Virus record (IMG/VR): IMGVR_UViG_3300034200_001185
Span: 1-64,000 of that record
Source of the DNA: a virus
Strand: one strand, 5' to 3'
Length of the DNA stretch: 64,000 nucleotides
Both the position numbers and the translations under genes were made by a program. Within the stretch, counting starts at the first letter, position 1; the number at the start of each line of letters is the position of its first letter. The notes under the pieces were generated by a model. It was not told the origin of the DNA, did not search any database, and was given only the letters and a program-made list of their open reading frames with translations. This document shows positions 30,971 to 40,262 of the stretch, in pieces.

Positions 30971-31406
30971 ACTTATTGAAGCTCGTGTTAAACAATCCGA
31001 AATACTCGCAAGTTGTTCTAACTGCCCACGCGGTAAATTCGGTGCGTTAGTTTATGACACAAATACGAATGTCTTACTTGTTGATGGTTATAACGGCGCA
31101 CCTAGGGGTGCTGGTAAGCTATGCGGCGGGGATGTATGCGTAAGAAACGAGCTAAAAATACCATCAGGTGAACGCACTGAGATTGGATGCCATCACGCTG
31201 AGATGAACGCAATTTGTAACGCAGCTAGGCACGGCATTAAACTAGACGGAGCTACGATGATAGTTAACGGAGAGCCTTGTTTAATGTGCGCTAAGATGAT
31301 ACATCATGCTGGTATAAAACGCGTTTTGTTTAAAAAGGGTGGATATACTACGAATATTGGTATATCTTATTTAAATGATAATAACGTTAAAACAGAGTCA
31401 AACTAA
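30960..31406 (+). CDS. dCMP deaminase
   Basis: GYNG, HAEMNAI, PCLMCAKMI. Adjacent to thyX. Confidence 0.9.
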   Translation: MKSKLIEARVKQSEILASCSNCPRGKFGALVYDTNTNVLLVDGYNGAPRGAGKLCGGDVCVRNELKIPSGERTEIGCHHAEMNAICNAARHGIKLDGATMIVNGEPCLMCAKMIHHAGIKRVLFKKGGYTTNIGISYLNDNNVKTESN

Positions 31407-31419
31407 TACGGAGAGTTAC

Positions 31420-32382
31420 ATGTCTATTTACGATCAATATATTTATGAATTAATGTACGGAGGACTTGAGAAAGTCGCTATGAGCGCGGAAGATCTGTAC
31501 TCCATATACAAAACCAAAGGTCCAAAAGGCGTTGCCGATATTATTAACAAGAAAAAAGGTCAGATTAATGGCCAGTCCGTCTCTAAATTACTTACGGCGT
31601 TCAACATTCCGGAAGCAGAAGTACAAAACATTGTAACTGCAATTCCTGCTAAGTTGTATAAAGGTTTGACAGTTAATAGTAGCGGACACAGGTTACCGAC
31701 TACTGTAAACGCAAACTCTGCGGTAGCCACACATTTACCAGTTGCCGAATCTAAGCCTGTCAGCGCAATTAGAGACACTTCTTCTGCAAGAGCCGCAGCT
31801 TCTCAAGCAATATCTGACGCTACGGGTGCATCCGGCCCATCTTCTGTTAGTAGATCTATTAATACTAGCGCTCCTCTAAGCTACAGTGTCAATACGCCTA
31901 AAGGTGCTGTATCGGTAAGTCCAAAACCTAAGCAGCAAACAGTCGTAAAACCAAAACCTGCTAAACCCGTAGAATCCAAGAAAATACGTGCTAAGAAAAA
32001 AAGAGCAGTAAAGCAACTACCTCAAGCACGTAGAGTAATTACTGAAGGTACAAGAGTTCCAGAACCGTTGGCAGGGGTACCCGTAGCCGATCCCATCGTA
32101 GTTAAAAAACCAGAGATGCTAGTAAGCGAACCTCCTAAACCAGTTATAGGATATGGCGCTGCTCCAAGCGCTGCTCCAAGCGCTGCTCCAAGCGCTGCTC
32201 CAAGCGCTGCTCCAATCGAGCCTGTTATCGGTAGTGGCGGTGGCGGTGGGCATCCTTCTCCGTCACCAAAGTCGGTTGTACCTAAGTCGAATAGAAATAA
32301 ATATCTACTCGCAGCGGGTCTTGCCGGCTTAGCCGGTGCTGGCGCCTATGCGTACAGCAGAAGAAATAAGGATAGAGATTAA
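31420..32382 (+). CDS. K-x-A leader, low-complexity, C-terminal tail-anchor protein
   Basis: Start re-called to ATG 31420 (SD GGAG). GLEKVAM, AAPS repeats, LLAAGLAGLAGAGAYAYSRRNK. Confidence 0.7.
   Translation: MSIYDQYIYELMYGGLEKVAMSAEDLYSIYKTKGPKGVADIINKKKGQINGQSVSKLLTAFNIPEAEVQNIVTAIPAKLYKGLTVNSSGHRLPTTVNANSAVATHLPVAESKPVSAIRDTSSARAAASQAISDATGASGPSSVSRSINTSAPLSYSVNTPKGAVSVSPKPKQQTVVKPKPAKPVESKKIRAKKKRAVKQLPQARRVITEGTRVPEPLAGVPVADPIVVKKPEMLVSEPPKPVIGYGAAPSAAPSAAPSAAPSAAPIEPVIGSGGGGGHPSPSPKSVVPKSNRNKYLLAAGLAGLAGAGAYAYSRRNKDRD
32158..32214 (+). repeat. 12-nt coding tandem repeat (AAPS), about 4.75 copies
   Basis: GCTGCTCCAAGC units. Confidence 0.95.
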
Positions 32383-32384
32383 AA

Positions 32385-33071
32385 ATGTTTAGAGCAAGTC
32401 GTTATAGATCCTCGTACTTAGAGAAATTAGCGGCAGCTGTAAACGTAATGAAGTTAAGAGCTGCGTTAGAGTCCGGAAAAGTTAATATAGACAAACTAGA
32501 AAACGTACTAAACTCAGCTAAGGTTAAAAAATTAACCGGTAGTCACCTAGAAGACGCGATATCTGGTTTAGGAGAAGGTGCTAAAAGTAGACTAGGTTAC
32601 GAAATAAACCCGGATATACATAAAGTATCAGACACGCATTACGGTAAAGCGCTTTCAGGTTTTACACGTAAGACAGAGGCTCAAATTCAAGAAGAGTACG
32701 AAAGGGCTAGAATGGCGGGATTCAAGCCTACTCACAGTGATGCTCGTATGTCTAGCGCTGAGTCAGCCTCCGATGTGACAGCAGCCAAAGAAAAGGCTAA
32801 AGAAATTATAAACGAGGCTAAACCGTCCTCCACCGGATTTACCGAGGAGGAGAGAAAAGCCTTTCTAGCAAATAGAGATACAGGCTCTAGTGGTGGTGGA
32901 GGCGGTGGTGGAGGCGGTGGTGGAGGCGGTGGTCCTAGCTCAGCCGAATCTGCTAAAGACGTTATATCTGAGTCGAAATTTAATTATAAACCTTATGCGA
33001 TAGGTGCAGGTGTTGTAGGCGCGGGTGGTTTAGGAGCTTACCTTTACAACAAGAAAGACAAAAAGCGTTAA
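32385..33071 (+). CDS. K-x-A leader, poly-Gly, tail-anchor protein
   Basis: YLEKLAA; Gly14 run; AIGAGVVGAGGLGAYLYNKKDKKR. Confidence 0.7.
   Translation: MFRASRYRSSYLEKLAAAVNVMKLRAALESGKVNIDKLENVLNSAKVKKLTGSHLEDAISGLGEGAKSRLGYEINPDIHKVSDTHYGKALSGFTRKTEAQIQEEYERARMAGFKPTHSDARMSSAESASDVTAAKEKAKEIINEAKPSSTGFTEEERKAFLANRDTGSSGGGGGGGGGGGGGGPSSAESAKDVISESKFNYKPYAIGAGVVGAGGLGAYLYNKKDKKR
32892..32933 (+). repeat. 12-nt repeat encoding poly-Gly
   Basis: GGTGGTGGAGGC x3.5. Confidence 0.9.
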
Positions 33072-33280
33072 TCTTTCTTTCTAGTGTTATAGTACACAGC
33101 GTTAACCCAATGATCTCTATCGGGTTTGATTTGCTTGGATCCTACTGGATAAATACCTAATTCCATAAGTTCTTGATCTCGAACAGTAAGTACGCGCATT
33201 GATTGAGCGTGTCTAACGGTTCTGTACATTCCAGAGTTTGCACTCTTACGTGGATTATAGTTTTTAAATGTTCTAGACAT
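33068..33280 (-). CDS. Hypothetical basic protein
   Basis: 70-aa ORF coupled to the upstream gene. Confidence 0.5.
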   Translation of the reverse strand: MSRTFKNYNPRKSANSGMYRTVRHAQSMRVLTVRDQELMELGIYPVGSKQIKPDRDHWVNAVYYNTRKKD

Positions 33281-33746
33281 TATTCATCCATTCCGGACTA
33301 TTTCTTTTCGTCCATTTGGCAAATTTAATTTTCTCGTACCGATAGTAATTTCGATACGCAAGGATTGAGTCACCTTCAACTTTACAGTATAAAGGCATTG
33401 CTTGTGCCGGACTTGTAAAACCGATTTTAGGCCTTACGATATCCGGCAACATCATGTAAGCAGTTGATGATAGATGTACTCTTCCATACCTAAATTCATA
33501 TTCGTATATCAGGCTAAAGGTTAAATCTCGTAGATACTTTTCGTTTTCATACGACTGCCTCGCCCAAATTGTACAAGGGTGATTTGTAAATCCAGGCGAA
33601 ACATATTTAATCTTATCAATACGTCTGTCTAAGTATAAATTCGTATAGAGCATTTGAAGGCTCTCAAGTATCATCTTGACTACGTGTTTGTCGCAGTGAT
33701 ATTGCGCACATACGACTGGATCGTGATCAAGATAGAATATGTTCAT
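33273..33746 (-). CDS. Pyrimidine-dimer DNA glycosylase (DenV/endonuclease V-like)
   Basis: MNIFYLD..CAQYHCDKHVVKMILE..NHPCTIWAR..AYRNYY. Confidence 0.85.
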   Translation of the reverse strand: MNIFYLDHDPVVCAQYHCDKHVVKMILESLQMLYTNLYLDRRIDKIKYVSPGFTNHPCTIWARQSYENEKYLRDLTFSLIYEYEFRYGRVHLSSTAYMMLPDIVRPKIGFTSPAQAMPLYCKVEGDSILAYRNYYRYEKIKFAKWTKRNSPEWMNNV

Positions 33747-34346
33747 TCATTCTTCGTTTCTATCGAATACAATGTTAGCGAGTTGACTACCTGACTCGTA
33801 CAAATCTCTTTTCAAAGAGCTGTCGTTGTACCCAAGTTGGTTTAGGTAACATAGACAGAGATCGATCAATGTTGTACGAGATCTACGCATGATCTCCGTG
33901 CTTGTGCATAGTTCCGTGAATGCTTCATCAACATCGTTTAAGCCGTTTTCGATGTTGAATTTGATTCCCTTACCGATTAACGAACTCGCAATCAGCACGG
34001 GTTTCTTTGCGAATACGCGGAAGGGGTGATCATCGAAGTCCCAGGGTCCTGTTAAGAACAAGTGAATTGCATCGATGAACATCGCTTTCATCGCTTCCTT
34101 ATCGGAAGGATAGGTGGTTGTATCACTTGACACGGCGCATGCTCCGTTGTTGTGATCGATTACTGTGTAGCCTTCCTTGAGATTTACGCCTTCGCTTGAT
34201 CTTCCGGCGATGATTGTGTTTTCCTTCAAGTAAGTAACGATTGCATTTACTTCAGCTTGGCTTAGGCTTACACTTGTTAGCGCATCTGTTGCACGCTTTT
34301 GACTACCGAAGTAGACGCTCCATTCAGTTTTAACATCGAATTTCAT
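33747..34346 (-). CDS. Hypothetical protein
   Basis: 199 aa. SD AGGAG. Confidence 0.65.
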   Translation of the reverse strand: MKFDVKTEWSVYFGSQKRATDALTSVSLSQAEVNAIVTYLKENTIIAGRSSEGVNLKEGYTVIDHNNGACAVSSDTTTYPSDKEAMKAMFIDAIHLFLTGPWDFDDHPFRVFAKKPVLIASSLIGKGIKFNIENGLNDVDEAFTELCTSTEIMRRSRTTLIDLCLCYLNQLGYNDSSLKRDLYESGSQLANIVFDRNEE

Positions 34347-34359
34347 TTTGTTTGTTCTC

Positions 34360-34692
34360 CTATTGAACTTGTTGTTTACGCAGAACGCTTGCTGCGAGGG
34401 GTTTAAGTGTTATGGGATCTCGCTCGAATCCGGCGGGATACCATACATCCGATCTTGATGGGCAGAGCCTTTCGACTCTTGATGACACAATATAAATCGT
34501 GTCGTCTTCTGGTTCGGGAATGTCTACTAAGTAGTCGTAGACGATTTCCCTCTGCACTTCTCCATAAGGAGTCTTGACTCGCTGTGTCGTGCTTACACAG
34601 CGTATTGGGTTTCGTTCCGCTGACAGTGATATTACTGCACCATTAGCACCTCGCATGATTACGTCATGTGGCGTTAGGTTGATGTATTTCAT
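34360..34692 (-). CDS. Conserved-looking phage hypothetical protein (INLTPH type)
   Basis: Start re-called to MKYINLTPH (SD AAAGG). GTGATAA at 34749-55. Confidence 0.6.
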   Translation of the reverse strand: MKYINLTPHDVIMRGANGAVISLSAERNPIRCVSTTQRVKTPYGEVQREIVYDYLVDIPEPEDDTIYIVSSRVERLCPSRSDVWYPAGFERDPITLKPLAASVLRKQQVQ

Positions 34693-34790
34693 CTCAATAC
34701 CTTTCTCGTTGAAATTTAGCGACAAGTTGTATATTCTTGTGCATATAGTTATCACATTAAAAATGCGTAATTTTTACGTTTGGAGGCACG

Positions 34791-35258
34791 ATGATAGTTA
34801 GACAAGGAAACCGCTATCAGTTGATTTCACGAGACGGATCTAAGGTACTCGGAAATCACGATACTAAACAAAGCGCTATTAAGCAGGAACTCGCTATCGA
34901 ATATAGTAAGGCTAGAAAAGCGTTAAGCGAGAAAACTGCCGAAGTAGAGTATCGCGGGCAAACTTTCTCCGGTTATAATAAGCCTAAAGAAGCGCCTCCA
35001 GGTGATGTACATAAAATGGTCGTACTTGCTAAGAAAGGCGATCAAGTAAAAATCGTAAGATTCGGACATAGAGATTACGGGCATAACTATTCAAAAGACG
35101 CAAAAAGTAATTATTTACAAAGATCCGCAGGTATTCGGGATAAAAATGGTAATCTAACAAAAGATGATCCGTTTTCAGCTAACTATTGGGCGAGACGCGT
35201 TCTTTGGCCACAAAACAAAAAGGCAGACGGTAAAGCAAACTTAGGAGCAAATAAATGA
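34791..35258 (+). CDS. Two-domain protein, C-terminal DUF5754-like
   Basis: KIVRFGHRDY..NYLQRSAG..SANYWARRVLW, separated from the N-terminal module by EKTAE. Confidence 0.55.
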   Translation: MIVRQGNRYQLISRDGSKVLGNHDTKQSAIKQELAIEYSKARKALSEKTAEVEYRGQTFSGYNKPKEAPPGDVHKMVVLAKKGDQVKIVRFGHRDYGHNYSKDAKSNYLQRSAGIRDKNGNLTKDDPFSANYWARRVLWPQNKKADGKANLGANK

Positions 35259-36526
35259 ACGAACGATTGTATAATCTACTAAGCATGGAAAAAAACGCAG
35301 CAGATGCGTTGACCAGAGCAATTAGGTATGCACAAAAGCATGAAAATACCGTACAAAACTTGTACACACAATTGGGTAAAACCAAAAATCCTGCGCAGAA
35401 GCAAATTATTCAAGACCAGATAAATAGAGCACAGGCTAACTTGGATAAAGCGAAGAAGACAATGAGCAGCGCTCCTAAAGAGCGTTTGGCCGGCGCAACT
35501 GAGCATATAAGCAATGTTGACAAAACTAACAAGAGTATCTCAAAGCATATAGATGCTATTGAGAGTGATGATGTCACTAGAGCGTATCAACATAACATAA
35601 ATAATTTGAAGGGGAAGAGTAAAAACCTAAACGAGCAGTTAAATGCACAACAGCAACAAAAGCCAAAAAAAGAAGGCATTTTGTCTAGAATTAGAAACTT
35701 TATAACGGGCAACAATCCTAAAGAAATCGATAAAAATCAGTTGACACAGCAAAGGCTGATGGAGATGCAACCAATACGTAACGAACGTAGTAATATACAA
35801 AAAAAGCAGAAAGATATGGAATCTGGACTTAGAGAACGAAAAAAGCTACTGGGGAACTTAGAGCCAAATAAGAAGGCAAAGGACTATGTTGGCACAGTCG
35901 CTAAGGATCAGATGGCGGAATCCGCGTCAAGAAGTCGTGGGTATCAGAGCGAAAAAAGTGTAGGTCACGTCCACTTCTTAAACGATAAAGTAACCGAGAG
36001 TCAGGCAATTAATCAAGCGAATCAAAGTCGTAAGTTTTCGGGTGAAAAAAAGACTACCGTAGTTACTCCTAATTCTCGTGCCAAACATGATATAAGGGAA
36101 GGAGAGACGCTAGCAGAGGCGAGAAAAAGAAAGCTAGAAGAGAAAGAATTAGCTAAACAAAAGACCATCGAGCAGGTACAAGCGCAACAACCAGTAGTAC
36201 AAGCGCAACAACCCGTAGTACAAGCGCAACAACCCGTAGTACAAGCGCAACAACCCGTAGTACAAGCACAACAACCCGTAGTACAAGCGCAACAACCCGT
36301 AGTACAAGCACAACAACCCGTAGTACAAGCGCAACAACCCGTAGTACAAGCACAACAACCCGTAGTACAAGCACAACAGCCTTCAGGCCCTAGCATCGGA
36401 AACTTAGTTAATCCTAATTATGCATCTGATCCAAGCAACAATAAATATATGTGGCCTGTATTAGGTGGATCCGCTGGACTTCTTGCTGGGGGCTATGCCT
36501 TAGGACGATCCAATAACGACAGATAG
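35255..36526 (+). CDS. K-x-A leader, coiled-coil, repeat, tail-anchor protein
   Basis: MNERLYNLLSMEKNAA; QPVVQAQ x9; YMWPVLGGSAGLLAGGYALGR. Confidence 0.7.
   Translation: MNERLYNLLSMEKNAADALTRAIRYAQKHENTVQNLYTQLGKTKNPAQKQIIQDQINRAQANLDKAKKTMSSAPKERLAGATEHISNVDKTNKSISKHIDAIESDDVTRAYQHNINNLKGKSKNLNEQLNAQQQQKPKKEGILSRIRNFITGNNPKEIDKNQLTQQRLMEMQPIRNERSNIQKKQKDMESGLRERKKLLGNLEPNKKAKDYVGTVAKDQMAESASRSRGYQSEKSVGHVHFLNDKVTESQAINQANQSRKFSGEKKTTVVTPNSRAKHDIREGETLAEARKRKLEEKELAKQKTIEQVQAQQPVVQAQQPVVQAQQPVVQAQQPVVQAQQPVVQAQQPVVQAQQPVVQAQQPVVQAQQPVVQAQQPSGPSIGNLVNPNYASDPSNNKYMWPVLGGSAGLLAGGYALGRSNNDR
36188..36376 (+). repeat. 21-nt coding tandem repeat (QPVVQAQ), 9 copies
   Basis: CAACCCGTAGTACAAGC(G/A)CAA units, no spacers. 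Confidence 0.95.
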
Positions 36527-36536
36527 GAGAATAAAA

Positions 36537-37763
36537 ATGAATGAGAGATTATATAACTGCATAGAGAAGTTAGCCGCTATTAGTAGCGTGAAAACTTTCA
36601 CTAACGCTAGAGATAAGTTCGTAAAAGGGCTTAAGAACATACAGAGGATAAGTTCCCAAGACGGAACACCTCAAGTAATTGGGAAAAGAATAGAAGACGC
36701 CTATGAGAAGAATCTAGATGCGTTTGTGCGTAATTCAGGTGTAAGTATGACACCAGAAGACAAGAAAAAACTTATTAGCGATTATCTACATTCCGATGGA
36801 AATAGAAATGACGCTCTTACCCACGTAAAAAACCTTTTCAAAAAGGATATGTCTGATGCGGATTCCACCGCATTTGAGGCTGGTATGCTTGGTAAAATGC
36901 AAGGAAAGGCTATTAATAATGCAAGGAAAGCCGGAAGAATAGCTGGCATCGATGCTAAGAATATGGGGGAATACGAAGTGAGTTCCGAACTAGCTCGGAA
37001 CTCAAGCGCAAGGGGCGACTTGTATCAGAAGAGAAACTTCTTGGAGGGTGATGTTACAAGAGTACAAGATATGAGAGAGAAAGCTCGAGATCTTAGAATT
37101 CAAAAGAAAGTAGAAGGGATTCATAACCCAACCATCAAACAACAAAAGATTGACGAGTTGGAAAAAATATACAACGACCATTCCAAATCGACACAAAAGG
37201 GGAGAAAGGGTAAAAGGATAACCGCTCACCAACGTATACGGGAAGGTTTTGATCCGAGAATAGGAGATTTGGATTCTAATAGCTCAGCACTGATGGATAG
37301 ACACAGACAGCTTTCGGACGCTAAAAAGGTATCGCCTGACCCAGTCGTACCACCAAAATCGCCTGACCCATTCGTACCACCAAAATCGCCTGACCCAGTC
37401 GTACCACCAAAATCGCCTGACCCAGTCGTACCACCAAAATCGCCTGACCCAGTCGTACCACCAAAATCGCCTGACCCAGCCTCACCATCCGATTTCAAAT
37501 CGCATAGAGAAGCTGAAACAGCAATTGAAAGATCAAACGAAAATTCGGAAAGAATGAGACAGATTTCTGGTAGAAATGATCACGATCATTATAACATCGG
37601 AGGTGGAGGCGGAGGCGGAGGTGGTGGCGGAAACCCTAAAACACATGTAACTACGAAAAAGAAAGACTATATGTGGCCTGTCCTTGCGGGTGTTGGCGCA
37701 GGCGCGGGTATAGGCGGACTATATTTGTATAACAAGAATAAGAAAAGAGATAAGGAAGATTAG
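36537..37763 (+). CDS. Paralogous K-x-A leader, tail-anchor protein
   Basis: MNERLYNCIEKLAA; SPDPVVPPK repeats; poly-Gly; YMWPVLAGVGAGAGIGGLYLYNKNKK. Confidence 0.7.
   Translation: MNERLYNCIEKLAAISSVKTFTNARDKFVKGLKNIQRISSQDGTPQVIGKRIEDAYEKNLDAFVRNSGVSMTPEDKKKLISDYLHSDGNRNDALTHVKNLFKKDMSDADSTAFEAGMLGKMQGKAINNARKAGRIAGIDAKNMGEYEVSSELARNSSARGDLYQKRNFLEGDVTRVQDMREKARDLRIQKKVEGIHNPTIKQQKIDELEKIYNDHSKSTQKGRKGKRITAHQRIREGFDPRIGDLDSNSSALMDRHRQLSDAKKVSPDPVVPPKSPDPFVPPKSPDPVVPPKSPDPVVPPKSPDPVVPPKSPDPASPSDFKSHREAETAIERSNENSERMRQISGRNDHDHYNIGGGGGGGGGGGNPKTHVTTKKKDYMWPVLAGVGAGAGIGGLYLYNKNKKRDKED
37332..37478 (+). repeat. 27-nt coding tandem repeat (SPDPVVPPK), 5.4 copies
   Basis: TCGCCTGACCCAGTCGTACCACCAAAA units. 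Confidence 0.95.
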
Positions 37764-37789
37764 TAGATAGCAATAATAGTCGTTGTTAT

Positions 37790-37851
37790 GTGATAATATA
37801 TTGTCAAAAACAAAGCGAATACGCTTAACTTTAACTAAAAGGAAAACGACT
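37790..37851 (+). promoter_or_regulatory. Early-type 5' cassette on + strand (GTGATAA, RATA hairpin, AAAGGAAAACGACT leader)
   Basis: GTGATAA 37790-96; AAGCG-AATA-CGCTT 37813-26; SD before ATG 37852. Confidence 0.65.
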
Positions 37852-38667
37852 ATGCCAAACTGGTGCTCAAATAACATTCGTGCAGAATTCAAGGAAAACA
37901 AAGAAGCGCGCAACTTCTTCACTAACCTCGTAAACTCAATCAATGGGAAGGAAGAACGCTTGGAAAGCAAGCTATGGGACGACTCAATGGAAAAGGCAAA
38001 ACGCGAGGATGTGTGGTTTATAGGCGGAAAGAATGCAGGCTTACTTACCTTACTTTCTCCCCTAGGCGAGAACTCTTACGATTATAATATCGAAGGGTGG
38101 GGTACGAAATGGGATGTTCCGCAAAGTGAAGTATCCGCGTCTATGGACTTGGATGGAAATGGTTGTACGTTATCTTTTGTTAGCGCTTGGTCACCTCCAA
38201 TCAATGCGATACAAATCTTTGCAGAAAGATTACGGAATATCGATCGCGGTAAGATTTATCTCAAGATAACCTTCGATGAAGGCGGTATGAACTTTATGGG
38301 GTACTCTAAACTGCATTGGGCAGATTGGGAATTCGTAGAAGAAACGGATACAATCGATGAGGTATATAATCGCGCTAAGGCTGGGGATAAAGAAGCGCTA
38401 GAGTTTATCGAGGAATCGAATTGGTCGATTGAGGATCTCGAAGAGTCATATGAATTGCCTTGGATTGTGGTCGATGATGATAAGGATGATAACGAGGATG
38501 ACGATAGCAGCGGAGAGTATGCAATCGATACTATATGCGATAAGTGCGGAGATGAGGATTGCACAAACACGGATCATTTTGACTCTCATAACCTACCGAA
38601 GCAATTCGTAGAGGAAATGAAAGAGTTTGTAGAGATGATACATAAGAAAAGCGAAGATAAGAAATAA
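37852..38667 (+). CDS. DUF1281/YubB ferredoxin-like domain protein
   Basis: MPNWCSN..WGTKWDV..F.SAWSPP..FDEGGMNF.G. Start re-called. Confidence 0.75.
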   Translation: MPNWCSNNIRAEFKENKEARNFFTNLVNSINGKEERLESKLWDDSMEKAKREDVWFIGGKNAGLLTLLSPLGENSYDYNIEGWGTKWDVPQSEVSASMDLDGNGCTLSFVSAWSPPINAIQIFAERLRNIDRGKIYLKITFDEGGMNFMGYSKLHWADWEFVEETDTIDEVYNRAKAGDKEALEFIEESNWSIEDLEESYELPWIVVDDDKDDNEDDDSSGEYAIDTICDKCGDEDCTNTDHFDSHNLPKQFVEEMKEFVEMIHKKSEDKK

Positions 38668-38718
38668 CTAATACGTCTACGGATACGTAGATTAAACTAA
38701 AGACACACGTTCTTTTTC

Positions 38719-39090
38719 TTAGCCCTTTTTATCATTCTTCTTTTTCAAATGGCGATATAATGCGTATCCACCAAGTCCTACCAAGCCGGCACCTATAATA
38801 GGTCTTAGCGTGTTATTCTTTTTTAAAGTATTCGGCGTTTCAATTCCTTTATCGTCCAACATGCTCATATAATCATGATCTCGCTTATTTACTCTTTCTA
38901 TCGTTTTATTGTATTCATCCATAGCATCGTCTAATTTCTTCTTCTGGATTTGAATTCTTTTATTCCGCTCTTCACCGCTTTTATTTAAATGATCACGTAA
39001 GTCGTCAGTGTATTTTTTTATTTCTTCAACACTCATATCTTTCGGATCTTTTGGCGGTTTTGGTATGGACGCACTCTTATGTAAATACAT
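38719..39090 (-). CDS. Small K-x-A leader, tail-anchor protein
   Basis: MYLHKSAS; IIGAGLVGLGGYALYRHLKKK. Confidence 0.65.
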   Translation of the reverse strand: MYLHKSASIPKPPKDPKDMSVEEIKKYTDDLRDHLNKSGEERNKRIQIQKKKLDDAMDEYNKTIERVNKRDHDYMSMLDDKGIETPNTLKKNNTLRPIIGAGLVGLGGYALYRHLKKKNDKKG

Positions 39091-39094
39091 GTTA

Positions 39095-39379
39095 TTATCC
39101 TTTCTTATGATCGTGTAGATATAAACCGAGTCTACCGCCAGCTACCGCTCCTACTATACCTGCAGCAGGTATAGTCACTTTCCGATAATTCTTAAGAGCA
39201 TTGATTTTCTTCTCCGCTAGAGAATGAGCGGCTATCGCACCTATGGACATCGGAACTGCTCCGAGTAACGCCGCTGATTCTCTTTCTCTCTCAAGCTCTT
39301 TTGCGAGTAATTCTCTTCTTATCTTGTCTTGTCTGCTTATTCTGTCGTAAGCAATCTTAGTAAGATAGTAATCGCTCAT
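39095..39379 (-). CDS. Small K-x-A leader, Gly-zipper membrane protein
   Basis: YLTKIAY; two hydrophobic helices. SD GGAGG. Confidence 0.65.
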   Translation of the reverse strand: MSDYYLTKIAYDRISRQDKIRRELLAKELERERESAALLGAVPMSIGAIAAHSLAEKKINALKNYRKVTIPAAGIVGAVAGGRLGLYLHDHKKG

Positions 39380-39442
39380 ATCTATTCCTCCTTAAACGTA
39401 TCTTGTAACTAATGTATATCATACAAACGCGCTTTAGCAATC

Positions 39443-39640
39443 TTAGTTTAAGTATAAGTTCCATATCGAAATACAAGCGTCTCTTCGTTCCTTTTCCCAC
39501 GTATCTGACTCGTCATTACTGCGTCTAAACTCGATTAGGCAATAAGGCTTTTTATCGAATGTAATGCTTAGCTTTACAAAGCGAGTAGTACATAATAACT
39601 CGCCTTCCCATTCTCCGTGTTTTAAATTCTGAATGCTCAT
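39443..39640 (-). CDS. Hypothetical protein
   Basis: Start re-called to MSIQNL (AAAGGAACGTAT-ATG). Confidence 0.5.
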   Translation of the reverse strand: MSIQNLKHGEWEGELLCTTRFVKLSITFDKKPYCLIEFRRSNDESDTWEKERRDACISIWNLYLN

Positions 39641-39747
39641 ATACGTTCCTTTCGTAATTGATTTCATACGATAACACAAAGCGATTATTTTGAACATTCA
39701 AAACGAAACGTGTTCAATAATCGCATATTTTGAACAATAGAAATAAA

Positions 39748-39783
39748 GGCTAAGAAAAACGTTCTGGTCTTCGTTTCCCTTTA
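39748..39783 (-). terminator. Repeat-B arm copy 1 (degenerate hairpin)
   Basis: GGCTAAGAAAAACG-TTCTGGTCTT-CGTTT, downstream of a - strand gene. Confidence 0.55.
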
Positions 39784-39789
39784 GGTATG

Positions 39790-40125
39790 TTAACTTGCTA
39801 CAATAGCACCAGCAATCGCGACAAGTAGCACAGCAATAACATACTTTGGTTGCCATCCGAAATACCAGCTGTACACTATTACATCGAAAAGAACCTGGAA
39901 TATGGTGAAGAACACCAACCCTTTTAAAGGTCCGATTTCATTCTTCACGAATATCCAATTGTTCATTCCGATGTATGTAGTGAAACCGCTTATACATATC
40001 CACCATACAAGTGGGTTTATCCTATCAATTCCCAATGTCTCACTAGGATTAGATTTGATGAATGACAGTACGCACAAGAGCGTACTTGCAAGTACGCTTA
40101 TTACCCAATACCATAAGCTATCCAT
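39790..40125 (-). CDS. Small 4-TM membrane protein (DMT/SMR-like)
   Basis: Four hydrophobic segments. Start re-called to MDSLWYW. GTGATAA at 40235-41. Confidence 0.55.
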   Translation of the reverse strand: MDSLWYWVISVLASTLLCVLSFIKSNPSETLGIDRINPLVWWICISGFTTYIGMNNWIFVKNEIGPLKGLVFFTIFQVLFDVIVYSWYFGWQPKYVIAVLLVAIAGAIVAS

Positions 40126-40262
40126 ACGAATACCTTTGAAACCCTTTTCGCTATAACGCAGATACATATAACTACAAAGCGTATCATATATACCGAGAAT
40201 AAGGGTAGATTTCCGACTCCTTTTTCCTATATCCTTATCACGATTTAATACTCTTATTTTCG

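Noticed and set aside
30161-33746. thyX, dCMP deaminase and DenV-like genes (and nrdJ, beta-clamp-like) as novelties
   Set aside because: Common auxiliary genes of large phages.
36022-36396. Cys-rich (CACTTGC)n and other antisense repeat peptides
   Set aside because: Shadow frames of the QPVVQAQ repeat.
36188-37478. 21-nt and 27-nt repeat arrays as CRISPR arrays
   Set aside because: Head-to-tail units with no spacers, in frame within ORFs, and no cas genes.
39686-39737. TTGAACA/TGTTCAA inverted and direct repeats as an operator
   Set aside because: Only 7-11 bp in AT-rich DNA and seen at a single locus.
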